Positions 17,871 through 32,163 of a stretch of DNA of 64,000 nucleotides are shown piece after piece. The position numbers were made by a program, and so were the translations under genes. Each line of letters begins with the position of its first letter. Position 1 is the first letter of the stretch. Source of the stretch: the human T2T-CHM13v2.0 reference genome, Homo sapiens; the NCBI RefSeq assembly GCF_009914755.1, contig NC_060937.1; one strand, given 5' to 3'. Below the pieces are notes generated by a model. It was not told the origin of the DNA, ran no database searches, and worked only from the letters and a program-made list of their open reading frames with translations.

Positions 17871-18769
17871 TAAAATCAGTAAAAGTTGAATAAGAGCTAT
17901 AGTTTAATCATTAGTATTGTACCAATGTCAATTTCTTGGTTTTGAAAGAGCTGGGTGAAGGGTACATGGAAACTCTTTATACTTTTCTGCAACTTCTCAA
18001 ATTATTTCAAAATAAAAAGTCTCTCCCAGAAGTTCCCTCAGGTCCTTACAAAAATTAAGCAACTTAGCCTAGGGTCCTGTTCCGACAGCCAGAGTTCCCT
18101 CTATGGAGCTGCATGTCCCTTTTGAGCATTTACTAAGAGGCATTTTCCTCCCTGGGCACCAGACAATGTCCATACTCATTGTGACTTTGGTTCTTGGCTT
18201 TGTGCCCTGTTTCTTTACCTATTTGGGGAAGTGTTCATTACAAAATTGTTTTTATAACTGCTTCTCTTTTTTTGCCATTGACAAGGAAGCATTGGGGGAA
18301 ACAGGATCCCCAACGTACTTTGCCATAGCTACTTGGTTTCCCTGAGTTTCACACTTTCACACACCAGCTTGTGACAGCAAATTGTCCCATCCTCACACCA
18401 TCCTGAGATCACTCAGCTTCTTCCCTTTGCTCTCCCTATGGCTGTAGCCGCTGCCTGGCACGGGACAAGCACTCGAGAAATGCTTTTTGAAAGATGAGTC
18501 CTAAATAGAATCAGGTAGGACATCAGAGATGCTGGGGAAATAACTTAAATCAGACAGTTTCTTCCTCCTTTTGGCCATTCAATGACAATTGTGCCCTGCA
18601 TGTGATTTGTGAACTTCAGGGGAGAGGTTTGTTTTCTTTGGGGAAGGCTAAGTTCAGTATGAGCCCAGGGATTCTGAAGGCAGCCCTCCTGCCACTGGGA
18701 AGAGGCTATTCACAGAACGAAGACAGAGAAAAGCAAGATAACAGATAGCCAGGGCTGGGGTGGGAAGAT

Positions 18770-18789
18770 GGAGAGAGAGAAAGAGAGAC

Positions 18790-18822
<33 letters not shown>
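18770..18822. repeat. (GA)n microsatellite
   Basis: Read directly from the sequence. Confidence 0.95.
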
Positions 18823-20776
18823 ACTCTGAGGGCACTGCCCGAGCTGCTGGCTTCAGCTGTGCCTGAACTTTCCAAGTCATATAAGCAGAGCTGCCACCTC
18901 TTCCTCTAGCAGATGCACCCAGAGCAGCTCCTGCTTCCACGAAAGCCTGTGCAGCGCTGCCACTCTACAAGATCCCTCTTCGAACTGATCAGAATGTGTA
19001 TCGTCACCCAGTGCACCGGCTCTCCACGCTGCATTGCTCATCCTCACACATTGAAACTAAACACGTCGAAAATGTCACAGATGCTCCAACAGCAAAGGAA
19101 ATTGGCATCTAAAAAATCGAGCGGGGGAAGTGATCATAGAAAGCTTCGTGGATACACCACATTTTAAAGACTAAGCATCGTCGGGGAAGCGGTGCCAGGC
19201 CAAGGGTGGTGTGTGGGGAAGTATACAGAGCCGTGAGAGAGGCAGAGCGAGGCATGTGGGGGATGAGCAGAGGAAGAGCTGGAGGAAAGGCATATTGAGG
19301 AGTGTAAGGAGGACGAGGGCCAGGACTTGAGGGCTGATGATGTGAAGTCCTGAGCGCTGCGGGGAGCTGCTGGGGAGTGTTAGACAGGCCACAGTGTCAT
19401 CAGAATCGAGTGTGGAAAGTGTTATTCTGGCAGTCCGGTGGGGATTGTTTGGGAAAACTGTAGGCAAGGACATCACCTTGCAATTCTGGCAGCCGGGTGG
19501 GGGTTGTTTGGGAAAATTGCAGGCAAGGACCTCACCATGCAATTCTGGGCAAACAGAGATGATGCCTGTGTCAGATGCTGGTAGGGAGAGCTTTCCTAGA
19601 GCTCCTCTTTTCTCAATAAAATGGGAGACAAGCTCATCAGCTGAGCGTAAGATGTAGGAGGTGTGGAAGGTTTGAGGAGAGGGGAGGTGGGGTAACTGAA
19701 CCGTGCCAGACTCCTGAGAAGCCACGAAGGGATGGAATTCAAGTCACAGGTGGGAGGCTGCATGTAGATGGCTGAAGGGCCTTCTGTCCTGGCACGGAAA
19801 TGGTGCAGGAGGGCAGGTGCAAAGAGAGGCTGGTGTGTATAGATGGAGTGGGGGACACTCCGTCTCTGGGGTCTTTGGTCCTGTCCTCACTAGTGTCTTG
19901 AGGGTTGCACAATGTCAAGGCACCCCCTTGGCAGGGCAATGCTGATGGCCACAGAGCATGGCCTGCACTGCTTGGTTTTATGCCGGAAGGTTTTCCCAAC
20001 TTCCAGTATCAGGAAGAGGAGGCTGGAGATTCTGTTCCTGGGCTCCCAGGAGGCCCTGGGTTTTCCTCTGCAGGTTCCTCATCAACCCCAACCCAGAGGT
20101 CTGCGTACCAAGGAAGGCCATCTCTACAATAGAAAACAAAACAACAACAATTAAAACCTCGAAGCTTCTATTGCACTCTTTAGGCTTATGAAGGGAAGCA
20201 ACTAAGGTGATTCTTCACAGGTAACCTGCTACCTCCACCTCCAGATATAAAGAGGTTGGTTTAACTGCATATTCCACACCAGCAGGCTCTCAGCTGAGAC
20301 TTTGGCAGAAGCTTGGGCTGAAGGGCCTCTCCTGACACTGACCTAGAGGTGGAGTCTGGATTCCAGCATCCCTTGCACAGAGTTTCTATTATGTTTTAAT
20401 ATAGTAAATGACATTTTTTTTTTGCTTCTTTTGTACCCTAAAATGGAATTCAATGGCCTTGCTGATTTGAATCCATCAGCTTGCCTTGCTTTCCAAAGCC
20501 CCATTCTCTCCCGTCTCTCCCCATCCCACAGGTAGTGTGTCTCCTCCTTCCCAGCACTCTTCACTTTTGGCTCTTTGTTACTTTACCTTCATTTCCTATC
20601 CAGTCTGTTCAGCTTCCTCCTCTCTTCCCAGTTCCCCAACTCCCAACCAAGGCTCCCTGCTCACCCCATTCTCTTCTCTCATTTTTTTACTTGAAAAAGA
20701 CAGAGGTCCAAGCACACAAGATTTTCATGATGTATTTCGTGAAAATACAATAAAAAATGAAAGGCCAGCTCACCTG

Positions 20777-21137
20777 TGTCTTAGTCAGCTCGTGCTGCTA
20801 CAGGGAAATACCATAGACTGGGTGGCTTGGGCAAGTGTTTACTTCTCATGGTTCTGGAAGCTGGAAGTCTGAGATCGGGGTGCCAGCATGGTTGGGTTCT
20901 GGTAGTAATGTGAGGCCATGTGAGGCCATTATCTCTTCCTGGCCTTCTTTGGTGCATGCACACAGAAAGGCCTCTGTCTCCTCCTCATTTGGTATGGGCA
21001 TTAATCCCATCACGAGGCTCTGCCCTTGAATGCAACCTAATTACTTCCCAAAGTCCCCATCTCCAAATAGCATCACATTGGAGATTAGAATTTCAGCATC
21101 TGAATTTTGAGGAGACACAAACATTCTGCCCATAGCA
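20777..21137 (-). mobile_element. MLT1A-type MaLR LTR
   Basis: tgtcttagtc..aaataccatagactgggtggctt..ttctggaagctggaagtctgagatc..aaacattc..ccatagca. Confidence 0.85.
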
Positions 21138-23471
21138 TCCTAATTCTGGAGATGTTGTCTGGAGGCAGTGGGGTTGGGAGAAGGGCCGGTCCTGGAAAGT
21201 GAGTCTGCAGCCCAGACCCACCAACCCACAACTGCCACAGTCAGGGGTAGGGTTTTTGTTCTGATGACATTGACAGTATTCAGAAATGCCCAAAGTATCA
21301 GTCAGGCCCTGGCATGAGAATTGATAAAGAATTCCATAAAGGATTAGGCAAAAGCTGGAGGTGAGAGAAAATGCCAAAATCACATTTCTCAGCCTTCCTG
21401 GAAGTGAAGGAACTGGAGTCTCATTGGGGGGGAAGTATGAGGCTGAAGGGTGTTGTGTCCACAGGTTCATTCCATTCATGAAAAAGAGATCCCTTGCTGG
21501 GGCATCTTAATGTCAGAAGCTTCATTTGACAAGCAAAGAAAACACATACAGGACGTCTCTGTAACCTGTAAATGTGCGTATAAAACACAGGGCAATGGCT
21601 GTTTGAAGAGGGAGCAGAAAGCCCATTGTGGCTCTTTGGATAACTGAAGAAACAAGTGTGCAAAAGTTTCTTTCACCGAAACCAGGACCATCCCCGCAAA
21701 TGTGAGGCTCACATATGGGCTGTGGCAAGTATGTGAATTTATTTATGAATGACTGCAGGCATAAGTATATAAAAAAGGCAATTGACACAATCTTTCTTCA
21801 ACCCATGTGCCAAGTCAGTGTTCTGCTTGTTTGAAAGGTTAGTCTCAGTGAGAACTTTAAAAAGGTTATTTGGAGAAACAAAGAAAAATGGGGTGGTGGG
21901 AGGGGCTGCCAACATCCATCGGAGATTAAGCAATTTCTCTCCTTTTCTGGCATTGGCCTCAGAAAAGCCAGCGTTGGTCATCAGACTACTTCGTGCAGAA
22001 TCTGAAGCTATGTTGAGCTGTTAGTGACTGCTAATCGGATCCTAGGATGTGTTTTTTCTTTTCTATGCCAGGTAAACCATACATGCCAGCAACACACTTT
22101 GAGATTATTCTTGCTCTGAATTGTAGAAATGCATGCTTAGGGTACATCCAGCAGAGTGCTTTGATTAGAAATTTAGATAACCGGTAAGAAATCACCGGAG
22201 GGAGATAGAATCTGGCAAACAAATTGCTTCTGGATGTTGAGTCACTCCTTATGCTAACACGGTATCTTCATTAGTTAATGGGTCTGTTCAAAGAACTGAT
22301 AAAGCTGGTTAAATATTGATGATTTGATCAGCCTTATTTAAAGAACTCAAGGGACTGGGCTAATTGAAATGTCTTTTCTGAATGTGGAGGACAGCCATGC
22401 CAACAAAAAAAAAGTGTAGTAAAAACAAGGACCATAAAAAAACGGGAGGTTTGCCATTTTTCTTCAAATTTAAACTAGATGCTTTTTGAAACTGCTTCTA
22501 GTCACAAAATCATTTTATAAAGTTATTGAAATGTGAGTCACTAATGCTGATTTTTATTTTTCTGTGGCTCCTAAAACTTCAGACTTAATTGTTTTCTCTC
22601 TACAGAAAAATAAATACTATTGCAAAACAATCTGTTGTTGTAGCTGGATTCATTAGAAAACAGGAGTTCTTTAGAAACATTACCTATCCCAAGCCTTGCA
22701 ATGATCTTGTTTGATATTTGTATCTTTTCACAGCTGAGGCATGAAAGGGTTAGTTTGCCCCGCACATAGCTCTAATCCAAAAAAACAAGGATGTAACCCC
22801 AGTCTCTCAAGCTTGCCCAGGCAGAGTGTTATTTCTAAAATTATACACTGACCAGAGGCTGGCAACCAAGTCCCTTTTAAAGGAAATAACATTAAGACTA
22901 ATATTGGACTTTTGAATGTCAATGTTTTATGCCAGAAGGTTAGGGGTAGCAAATTTAAAACACCCAAGGAAAGAAAATGTGGGCCAAAGACTGTGAATTT
23001 AGACAAACTGATCTTCAAGTATAAAGGCCACAGACAAACTGTTATGAACATATTAGAATTTAGGGAATATTGTACCCCCGATCCTTTCCTAAGGAATTGA
23101 CTTGAGAACATGCTTGGACCAATCAAAATGACTGGTGAGACATACTTGCCTATAAAGCTAATATTAAATGGGAGAATATGGGAGACGGTATAGTAATAAT
23201 TGCACACTCTGATAATGTCTCTGCAGCCCAACCATTAAACTGTGGAGAAGGAAGGTGGAGAGTGCCTGTATATGGAAAGAAGAAAAGCTAACTTCATGGC
23301 TTTCTTGTATTAACTGTGAGTAAAATAATATTATAGTACTTCAAATTAGATGCTAGAGAACAGGGAAGAGAGGGGAAAGAAAAGATGACTTGCTATGATC
23401 AGATTACTCAAAGGAGGGAACTGATAAGATCCAAAAAGTGGGACTGAGTGTTACATAAAAGCAGTCATATA

Positions 23472-23777
23472 GGTTGGGTGCAGTGGCTCACGCCTGTAAT
23501 CCTAGCACTTTGGGAAGCCGAGGCGGGCAGATCACCTGAGGTCAGGAGTTCGAGCCCAGCCTGGCCAACATGATGAAACCCCATTTCTACTAAAACTACA
23601 AAAATTAGCTGGGTGTGGTGATGGGCACCTGTAATTTCAGCTACCCCAGAGGCTAAGGCAGGGAGGGTTGCTTGAACCTGAGAGGCAGAGGTTGCAGTGA
23701 GCCAGGATGGTGCCAGTGCACCAGCCTGGGCAACAGAGCAAGCGAGACTCTATCTCAAAAAAAAAAAAAAAAAAAAG
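23472..23777 (+). mobile_element. AluS
   Basis: Alu dimer with a poly-A tail and TSD aaaagcagtca. Confidence 0.92.
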
Positions 23778-23819
23778 CAGTCACATAAAGGTCAATTTTG
23801 GACTAAAACACAAACCCTC

Positions 23820-24235
23820 CTGTTGTCCCTGCCTGAATCTCATGTTAAAATGTAATCCCTGATGTTGGAGGTGGGGCCTGGTGGGAGGTGGTTGGATGAT
23901 AGGGAGCAGATTTCTCATGAATGGTTTAGCTCCATCCTCTTGGTGCTGTCCTCATGATGGTGAATGAGTTCTTGTGAGATCTGGTCGTTTAGACGTGTGT
24001 GGCACCTCCCCCTCCCCTTTCTCTTTCTTGCCCTTGTTTCACCACATGATGCACCTGCTTCTCCTTCACCTTCTGCCACGATTGTAAGCTTCCTGAGGCT
24101 TCCCCAGAAGCCAAGCGGATGTCAGCAACAGGCTTCCTGTACACCATGCAGAACCATGAGCCAATTCAAACTCCTTTTTTTAAATAGCCCACTCTCAGGT
24201 ATTTCTTTATAGCAACACAAGATTGGACTAATATA
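23820..24235 (+). mobile_element. MSTA/MSTB MaLR LTR within old L1M fragments
   Basis: aatctcatgtt..tgtaatccc..gttggaggtggggcctggtgggaggtg..ggtatttctttatagca..ggactaatata. Confidence 0.85.
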
Positions 24236-24599
24236 TTCCCTAAACATGAAAGCTGTATCAGAAAGAATACATAAAACAGGAGGCCACATAATAAAAAATA
24301 CGAAGTGAACTACATCAATCATATCAGTGCAACTAAAGAGACTTAGCTATGAAAACAGTTTCAGATTGGCTAACAAAGTCAAAAAGAAAATTATGCTGTA
24401 TTTAAGAAGATCATCTGAAACAAAGAGATTCACATAGGTTAAGAAATAAAAGGCTGACCACTGAAAAAAAAATCAAATCATTTTTAGTAATCATATTGTT
24501 GGCAGCAGTGAGTGTTACTATCACGATTCTGAGGTTGTTATGTGAGTTGCTGCAAGGTAAAGGAAACGAGCAGTTACAGTGATGCTGCTGGGAAGCATA

Positions 24600-24906
24600 A
24601 TTTTTTTTTTTTTTTTTTTTTTTTGAGATGGAGTCTCACTCTGTTGCCCGGGCTAGAGTGGAGTGGTGTGATCTCTACTCACTGAAACCTCTGCCTCCCG
24701 GGTTCAAGCTATTCTTGTGCCTCGGCCTCCCAAGTAGCTGGGATAACAGACATGCACCACCACACCTGGCTAATTTTTGTATTTTTAGTGGAGTTGGGGT
24801 TTCACCATGTTGCTCAGACTGGTCTCGAACTCCTGACCTCAAGTGATTTGCCTGCCTCGGCCTGCCAAAGTTCTGGGATTACAGGCATAAGCCACCGCAC
24901 CTGGCT
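24600..24906 (-). mobile_element. AluS
   Basis: Alu dimer with poly-T on the plus strand and a TSD-like ggaagca flank. Confidence 0.92.
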
Positions 24907-25011
24907 GGAAGCAGAATTTTTAATGTGAAAGAAGGAAGGTATTGGTGTAAGATAGAAGATTTGAAGTAAAAACCTTATTGCTCTGAATTGCATTATACCA
25001 GTTGTATGGGT

Positions 25012-25444
25012 ATTAGCGAAGACTCTCTTCTGACCAAGCCTCTAGTCAGGCTCTGAGTTCTTTCTGACTAGGCCTGACCTTGGGTTTCCCTCTCTGTCCT
25101 TGTAGAAACTGGTTTGAGCAAAAATCCTGCTGAGTCTGTGTACAAAAATCCCCCACCCTTGGTATCTGACCCCCCTCGATACCTAATCATCCTGGCTTGG
25201 CTTCAGGAAGAATCCTATGGAGACAGTTGGACCAGAAGCCCCTTTTCCTTTATGTTTGCTCTTCTTTTCCATCCACTGAGCCCCGCTCTGCTCCTTGGTT
25301 AAATCCCACCTGTTCGTGTTGGAGTCAGAGTTGAGTCCCATCTGAAGACTGTTGCAGTGGTCCTTCTACCTGTCACCATGGCCCCCTGGAATAAAGTCTT
25401 TATCCATCTTTAGCAAGTGTCAGGAACGAATTTTTTCTTTAGCA
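25012..25444 (+). mobile_element. MER31-like ERV1 solo LTR
   Basis: gactctcttctgaccaag..tagtcaggct..actaggcctgaccttgg start, and aataaagtc...tttttctttagca end. Confidence 0.65.
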
Positions 25445-26689
25445 GAATTCGTAGTGGATTTTATTTGTCCAGAGAAGTTATTATGTATTTTGTAGTTCAG
25501 TTCATTGAATGGGCCCACAAATAAGACTGTGGTCTCTAAATACCATTCTCCACTAAAAGAAACAAGGATCTTTGAGGAAATGGCTAATTCCACATCTTAG
25601 GCAAGAAATGTACAAAATGATTCTGAAACATCTTCTAATACTAGGAAATAGGGAAGCTGTTTTTTTTAAAGCTGGATTGTGTCAATATGTTTAGGAGTCC
25701 ATTTGAAAAGGTTCCTATTGGCCAGAGATGATATAACTGGGGCATCTGTACGAATAATAATGGCAGTGGATTGAAGCAAATCAAAAATGTGTAAATCTGC
25801 GAGTTTTTAATTACATAGATTTTAAAAACTCAGCTAACTTCAGGGGTGACTGGTAAGTAGAGGGAAAGAATAAGTGTTTATCTCCCTTTTCCTGTATGAA
25901 CTGCGTCTCACAACAACCAAGCTATCGATGAGGAAAATTTCTCTTTCTAGGAGGCTTCCAGTTTATAAATGGAGAAAGAATGATGGAACCAGATCATTAT
26001 CATTTTGCAACAGCTGATAAAATAGTGGGCACAGACAACAACAGTTAATGGCTACTGACATCACAAAGAGACTATCAGACATTATAGGCTTCCTTTTGGA
26101 ATATACAACACCAGCACGAAATATTTCTGCCAAATAATCTAACCTCATTGTATTCAAGTCTCTGCTCCTTACAGAAGCTCTCTCTTTATCTAAACTGGGA
26201 GGCAGCTGGGAATTTGGATTGAAGAGGAGGGCTGGGAGGGCGAGAGAGGGGTGAGAGAGGAAACAAGATTAACTTCAGAATTTGAAGGACAATTTCACAA
26301 AATAAATCCTTTAAAAATCTGGATTCCTCTTTGTGACATTGGTTTTGCTTTGATGAGAGCATGTTGATGCATGAAGACTTCATGTCATCTTGGTTGAAAG
26401 TGCGCTTTAAAGTTCAATAGTCATAGCCGTTTGACCTTGAGCAAATCACGTATTGTTGTGAACCCCTGTTTCTTCATGAGAAAATGAAGGCTGATAATAT
26501 CTTCCTTACAGGTTTATGAGAAGTTGATGAGATACAGAATGGGAAAGTGCTTGGCACGTAGTCACTCAACCAATAGCTCCTGTGCCCATTCCTCAAGTGG
26601 CTGAGGGTGGTATCCCTTGACAATGTTGCCACATTCAATTTGCAGAGCACTTCAGAGTGAAATTGCCATTAGTAAACTTGAATTTTGTT

Positions 26690-27150
26690 GTGAATATTTG
26701 TTCTTCTTTCAGTTAAGCATCTTTGAACATCCTTCCTATGCTTCAGGGGATTCTCCACCTAGTGAATCTGTGCTTCCCCAGATTCAAGGAAGAAACTCAC
26801 CTTCCCAGCCTCCCTCTGCAGCTGGGGCCATGTGATCAGGCTCCACCAACCAGAGCTGCTACAAAGGACTTTCAATTCAGCAGCCAGAGAAGGAAAAGGC
26901 AGCTGCCACAGTCTCCATTCTGCTGAGGGAGGCAGCAGTGCCAGGGCTCCTCGTGGGACCATCTGGGCTCTGTATATAAAGGGTAAGATGCAGAACCCAT
27001 GCCCAGAGGCATAGTGGTGCCCACCACATGGGAGTGATCCTGCAGTGGGGTTTGGGCCCTACTCCTGGTTGCATAAATTCAAGACTGGTTCTCCAGCCCT
27101 CTAATGTCCGTTCATACTTTTTTTTCAACTTAAACCAGGCAGAATTAGTT
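26690..27150. mobile_element. ERVL LTR (LTR33/LTR16-like)
   Basis: cttcccagcctccc..gcagctggggccatgtga..ccaacca motif block. Confidence 0.5.
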
Positions 27151-27781
27151 TTGCTGACCCTTCTTTATTTCTTTATATATGGCCCCTCTTTATTAGCCAG
27201 GATAGGTGTACTGCCGTAACAACCCCACATCTCAGTGATTTAATTTAACACGCCAGTCAGGTGGCTCTCCTCTGAGCAGTGATTTGAGAGATTCAACCCC
27301 TTCCAGCTTGTGAAGCCACTGCTCTGGAAAGTCTTGGGGTTTTCTGCTGGATTCTTGGTTGGGTCTAGACAGTTTATGAACAAAGAGAAAAAGTGTGAAG
27401 GCTTTCATGGGAGTCAGTAGGTGCTGGACTGGAAAATTGCATCCATCTTTCCACAAGGCAAGTGGGTGAAAGGTGTAGGCTAGCTGTGTGCCTGAGAAGA
27501 AGAAATGGCCAGCCCCATCACTGTGGCCTTGGCTAAGTCCATCCAAGCACTACTTTCCTTGTATCAGGAAGTTCTCCCTCATGGTTCACTCCAGTTCATA
27601 ATAAGGATTAAAATCTGATAATGTGGGCACAAGGGCTTTGTGAAGTGTAAAGTTCTACATTGATAAAAGAGATATCACACAAACGTGGATATCACTTGCA
27701 GACATGCTACATCTTACAGCAAATGTTGGTCAGAGTCTCTGGATAATCATCACCTGAATTCTATTTTTAAACCCTAAACCA

Positions 27782-28798
27782 TGTCAATTAAAATAAATCC
27801 AGGCCTAGGTAAGGGGAGACTTTTTTCAAAAAGAGGAGATTTTTGCTATAAGGGAAGGAACTGTTGCAATAGGAAGAACACTCTGACCATATGACCTGAA
27901 GCATCAAAAGTCAAGCAAAGAGGGCTTTTCTTTCACAAGCAAGAGAGGACAGATGTGGGGACTTAGAATGGATGGTGTGATGGGACATAGAATGGATGGT
28001 GTGATGGCACAGCTGGTTAGGAAGTATCTTGTCTTGTAATCAGCTGATTCTCAGGAGGGGAAGTCAAGGAAGGGTTGTTCCTTGTTCTTTAAGCTCATGG
28101 GTGGGTCAAGATCCAGGAGCTTCTGGGGAGTGGGGAGACTTGATTAAAATTTTATCACATCAAGTCAATGGGTATTTAATCCATATTGGTCAGTGGGGCA
28201 AACCGTTCAGCAAATCATTTGTGAGAAAAAGAGCATTCCATGGTTTGATTTTGACCCCCCAAAGTTCATGTGTTGGAAACTTAATCTTCAATGCAACAGT
28301 GTTGAGAGGTGGGACCTGTAAGAAGTGATTAGATCATAACGGCTTAGCCCTCGTAAACGGATTAATGCTGTTATTGAGAGAATAGGTCATTGAAGAAGTG
28401 AATTCTTGAAGAAAAAAAAGGATGACTTTAGTCCTTTTCCTCTTTTGCTCACTCTTATGCTCTTTTGCCCTTCCACTTTCTGCCATGGGATGACACAGCA
28501 TGAAGATCCTTGCTAGATGTTGGCACCATGCTCCTGGACTTCCCGGCTTCCAGAACTTGGAGTCAAATACATTTCTGTTCATTATAAATTACCCAGTCTG
28601 TATTAACTTTTTTATAGCAACATAAAGTGGACTAAGACAAAATGAGAATTTGGAGGATCCAGGTCTGGCCTTATCACAGATAAACAAAGTCGTTAAGTCC
28701 ACATGTCTTATCTAAGTCATATGGGGAAGGGTGGTTCTTTGCAGTAAGCCACTTTTGCAACACAAAAGTGTGAGACTCAGGGAAAGTTCAATATCATT
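27782..28798 (-). mobile_element. MER4-group ERV1 LTR (MER67-like) with a nested plus-strand MST-type LTR at about 28238-28639
   Basis: The MST LTR runs from ggtttg..cccccaaagttcatgtgttggaaacttaatc to ggactaagaca. The flanks gtcttatctaagtcatatggggaagggtggttctttgcagtaagcc resemble MER67. Confidence 0.6.
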
Positions 28799-30057
28799 AG
28801 CTGAATATTGATAATTATATAATGACTATAAAAATAGGAATGTAAAACAGAATGACATCCCTAGCTAGCCAACTGATACCAGTAGTTAATTTTCATTTAC
28901 CCAATCTATTTTAATATACCACAGTGCTAAGTATTAGACAGGGCATGCCTCTAGGACAAACAACTGCATCATGTATAGGACAATAATATCTGAGCTACGA
29001 AATAAAGTAATGAATTACATTTCAGTGTTATGAAAAAAACCCTGGGCATTTGGGATTTTCATTCAAATAAAATATTATTTCAGCCTACTTATGGATAAGA
29101 TTAGGTTGAAGTCTTTTTGATTCAATATAGATGTTTTTAGTTCACAATTTTCAATGTTTAAAACTGTGTCCAACTGAATAAGTCTTAAAGCAGCTCATCT
29201 ACCATGTAAATTTGTATGTACTTAGATTTCAGAGAGTTCATTATTTAAACTTATATCTTAATGTGTTTTATGAACCTGTTGTTAAAGTCATTAAAGTCAG
29301 TTATTACTTATACTCAGCAGGTTCATTTCAATTCGTAGTACTTAAGCTGTTCTCACAGTTAAAATACCAAAAAGGCTTACTCAATATTATGCACCAACAG
29401 CAGGAAAAAAACATTTTCATAACTGAAGTAACTTTCAATTTATGCATACAAAACACATTCAAGATCAAGAAAATGCCTCCTACTCATCCTGTATATCATA
29501 AACAAAGGAATTTTTTCTTCCCACACAGAGAGATAAAGAGGAAAGAAAGAAATTTCCACACAGTTTTTGGAGTGGGTGTCAGGGAGACAGAAGAACGGTA
29601 TCCATGGCTCGTAGTTATCAGTCACTCTGAAAACAGGCATCTCTGCCTAACCTGGGCTTAAGGAATGGAAGGAAGCCCAGACTCAGTTTCTCAAAGAGCA
29701 GGAAAATCCACTCTTCCTTTTCACCAAGTGAACCATAAAGTTTCCTTGCTTGCATGTACCCTCACCCAAGCAACAGAGTCCCTCTATGTTTTTGTAAATA
29801 TTTGGTCTGTCTGACATTTCACCAGGAAAGGAAGATGGTAAAGAGACCCTGGGGCACATGCTAGGGATCAGCTAGTTACCAGTATCCACGGAATGCCAGT
29901 GCAAGCCATAATCAACGGAGGTCTGGGTTATAGTCTCTCCCTGAATGCCACGATAGGCCACTGCAAAGTAAACAGAAGTTCCCTAACTTTAAACACACAC
30001 ATGCAACTCCCCCATCCAACACGATCTTCCTCTGGTTTAATTACATTGCATTTTGGA

Positions 30058-30259
<202 letters not shown>

Positions 30260-31490
30260 TGACTGAATGATGATGCTATTGGCGTCTGCTATTTCCCATC
30301 CCCTCCAAAGTCTGCTTGTGAAAGATAAGTGCCACAAGTTTAATTTATGCTGCACCCTGAGGAGTCTTGATCGAAAATAAAAGCCGGTATCTATTTAAGA
30401 AATGTAATATAAAATTCTTTCCCAAAGGAACTGGCAAAGAGCTTCAGGAGATATGGTAATAATATGTCACATGTAGCCACTAGAAATGTCATGAAGTTAT
30501 ATTGAAATTATCAGCTACCCTTTTAAACTTCAAAATGACTAAAAGAGCTTCTTGGTTGGATGGTTCATTTTAATAGGAAACCTGTCTATATTTGCCCTTT
30601 AGGGAATTCACATTCTTTGTGAACAATCAAATTCAGGGATGAACCCATTTAACATCGTCATTAGCGCAAAACACAGATTAATTAAGCAATCATCCCTCTA
30701 ACAGTGCTTATCAGTGGTTGATAACAGGTTTGCAAGTTAACTTTCTGAAGGTGAACCTGTGATGGTGAATGTCCCAGGCAGCTGGTTAACCATAGTAAAA
30801 ATTTTGACGAAGCTGATTGCTGCCTTCAATCGGCCTTGATTTGTAACAGTTATAATAAATTCATAAATATTGTGCTGGAGACAGCAGTGCAGAGGAAAGC
30901 AATTGGTGTGTGTCCGTGGAGGATATGAAACAGCAAGAAAGAAGCTAACAGTCGAGCTGCAATCACAGCCGCAGATGTAAAAACTGTATTATAGTTTTAA
31001 TTTAAAAATAATTTTTTTTGCTTTTAATTATTTTGTTCTTTTTTTTCCCCCATCACTACAGATGAAACTTAATTGTCATGGAAAAATGATGCAGAGAACT
31101 GAAGTCTAGGCATAAGAAAGTAAAAATTAATGAGGGCTAAGAAATTTTTAATACCTATATTTACATCTTAATATGAAAAAATAGCTATCCTGAAAGAATG
31201 AAAGCTTGAAGTGGATTCAGCTAGAACCTGATCAATTTTATTAATTCCATCACAAACTTCCTCTGCCCTTAGTTAAAGGAATAAATCCAAAGGAAAAAAT
31301 ATGCCGTAAATTTTATGACATAGTAGACAAATTTTACTTCAACTTGATTTAGGGAACATTTGAGCGTTCCCCGTTTTCAAGTGAAAAAGCTGTTCACTGG
31401 AGCAGCGTAGGAGTGGGGACTAAAAAGATCAATTAGAAATGGCTCCTGAATTCATGTGGATTATCCTGTTCAAATAACTACATGGGAGGC

Positions 31491-32163
<673 letters not shown>

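Noticed and set aside
19171-19725. 184-aa minus-strand ORF
   Set aside because: Non-ATG start, no recognisable domain, and it overlaps a tandem duplication in GC-rich DNA.
26973-26980. TATATAAA followed by a GTAAG donor-like site
   Set aside because: Lies in a degenerate ERVL LTR with no supporting downstream exon structure.
27964-28007. 24-bp direct repeat pair (also a 14-bp pair at 33300-33327) as CRISPR-like or regulatory arrays
   Set aside because: Only two adjacent copies with no spacers; ordinary slippage duplications in primate DNA.
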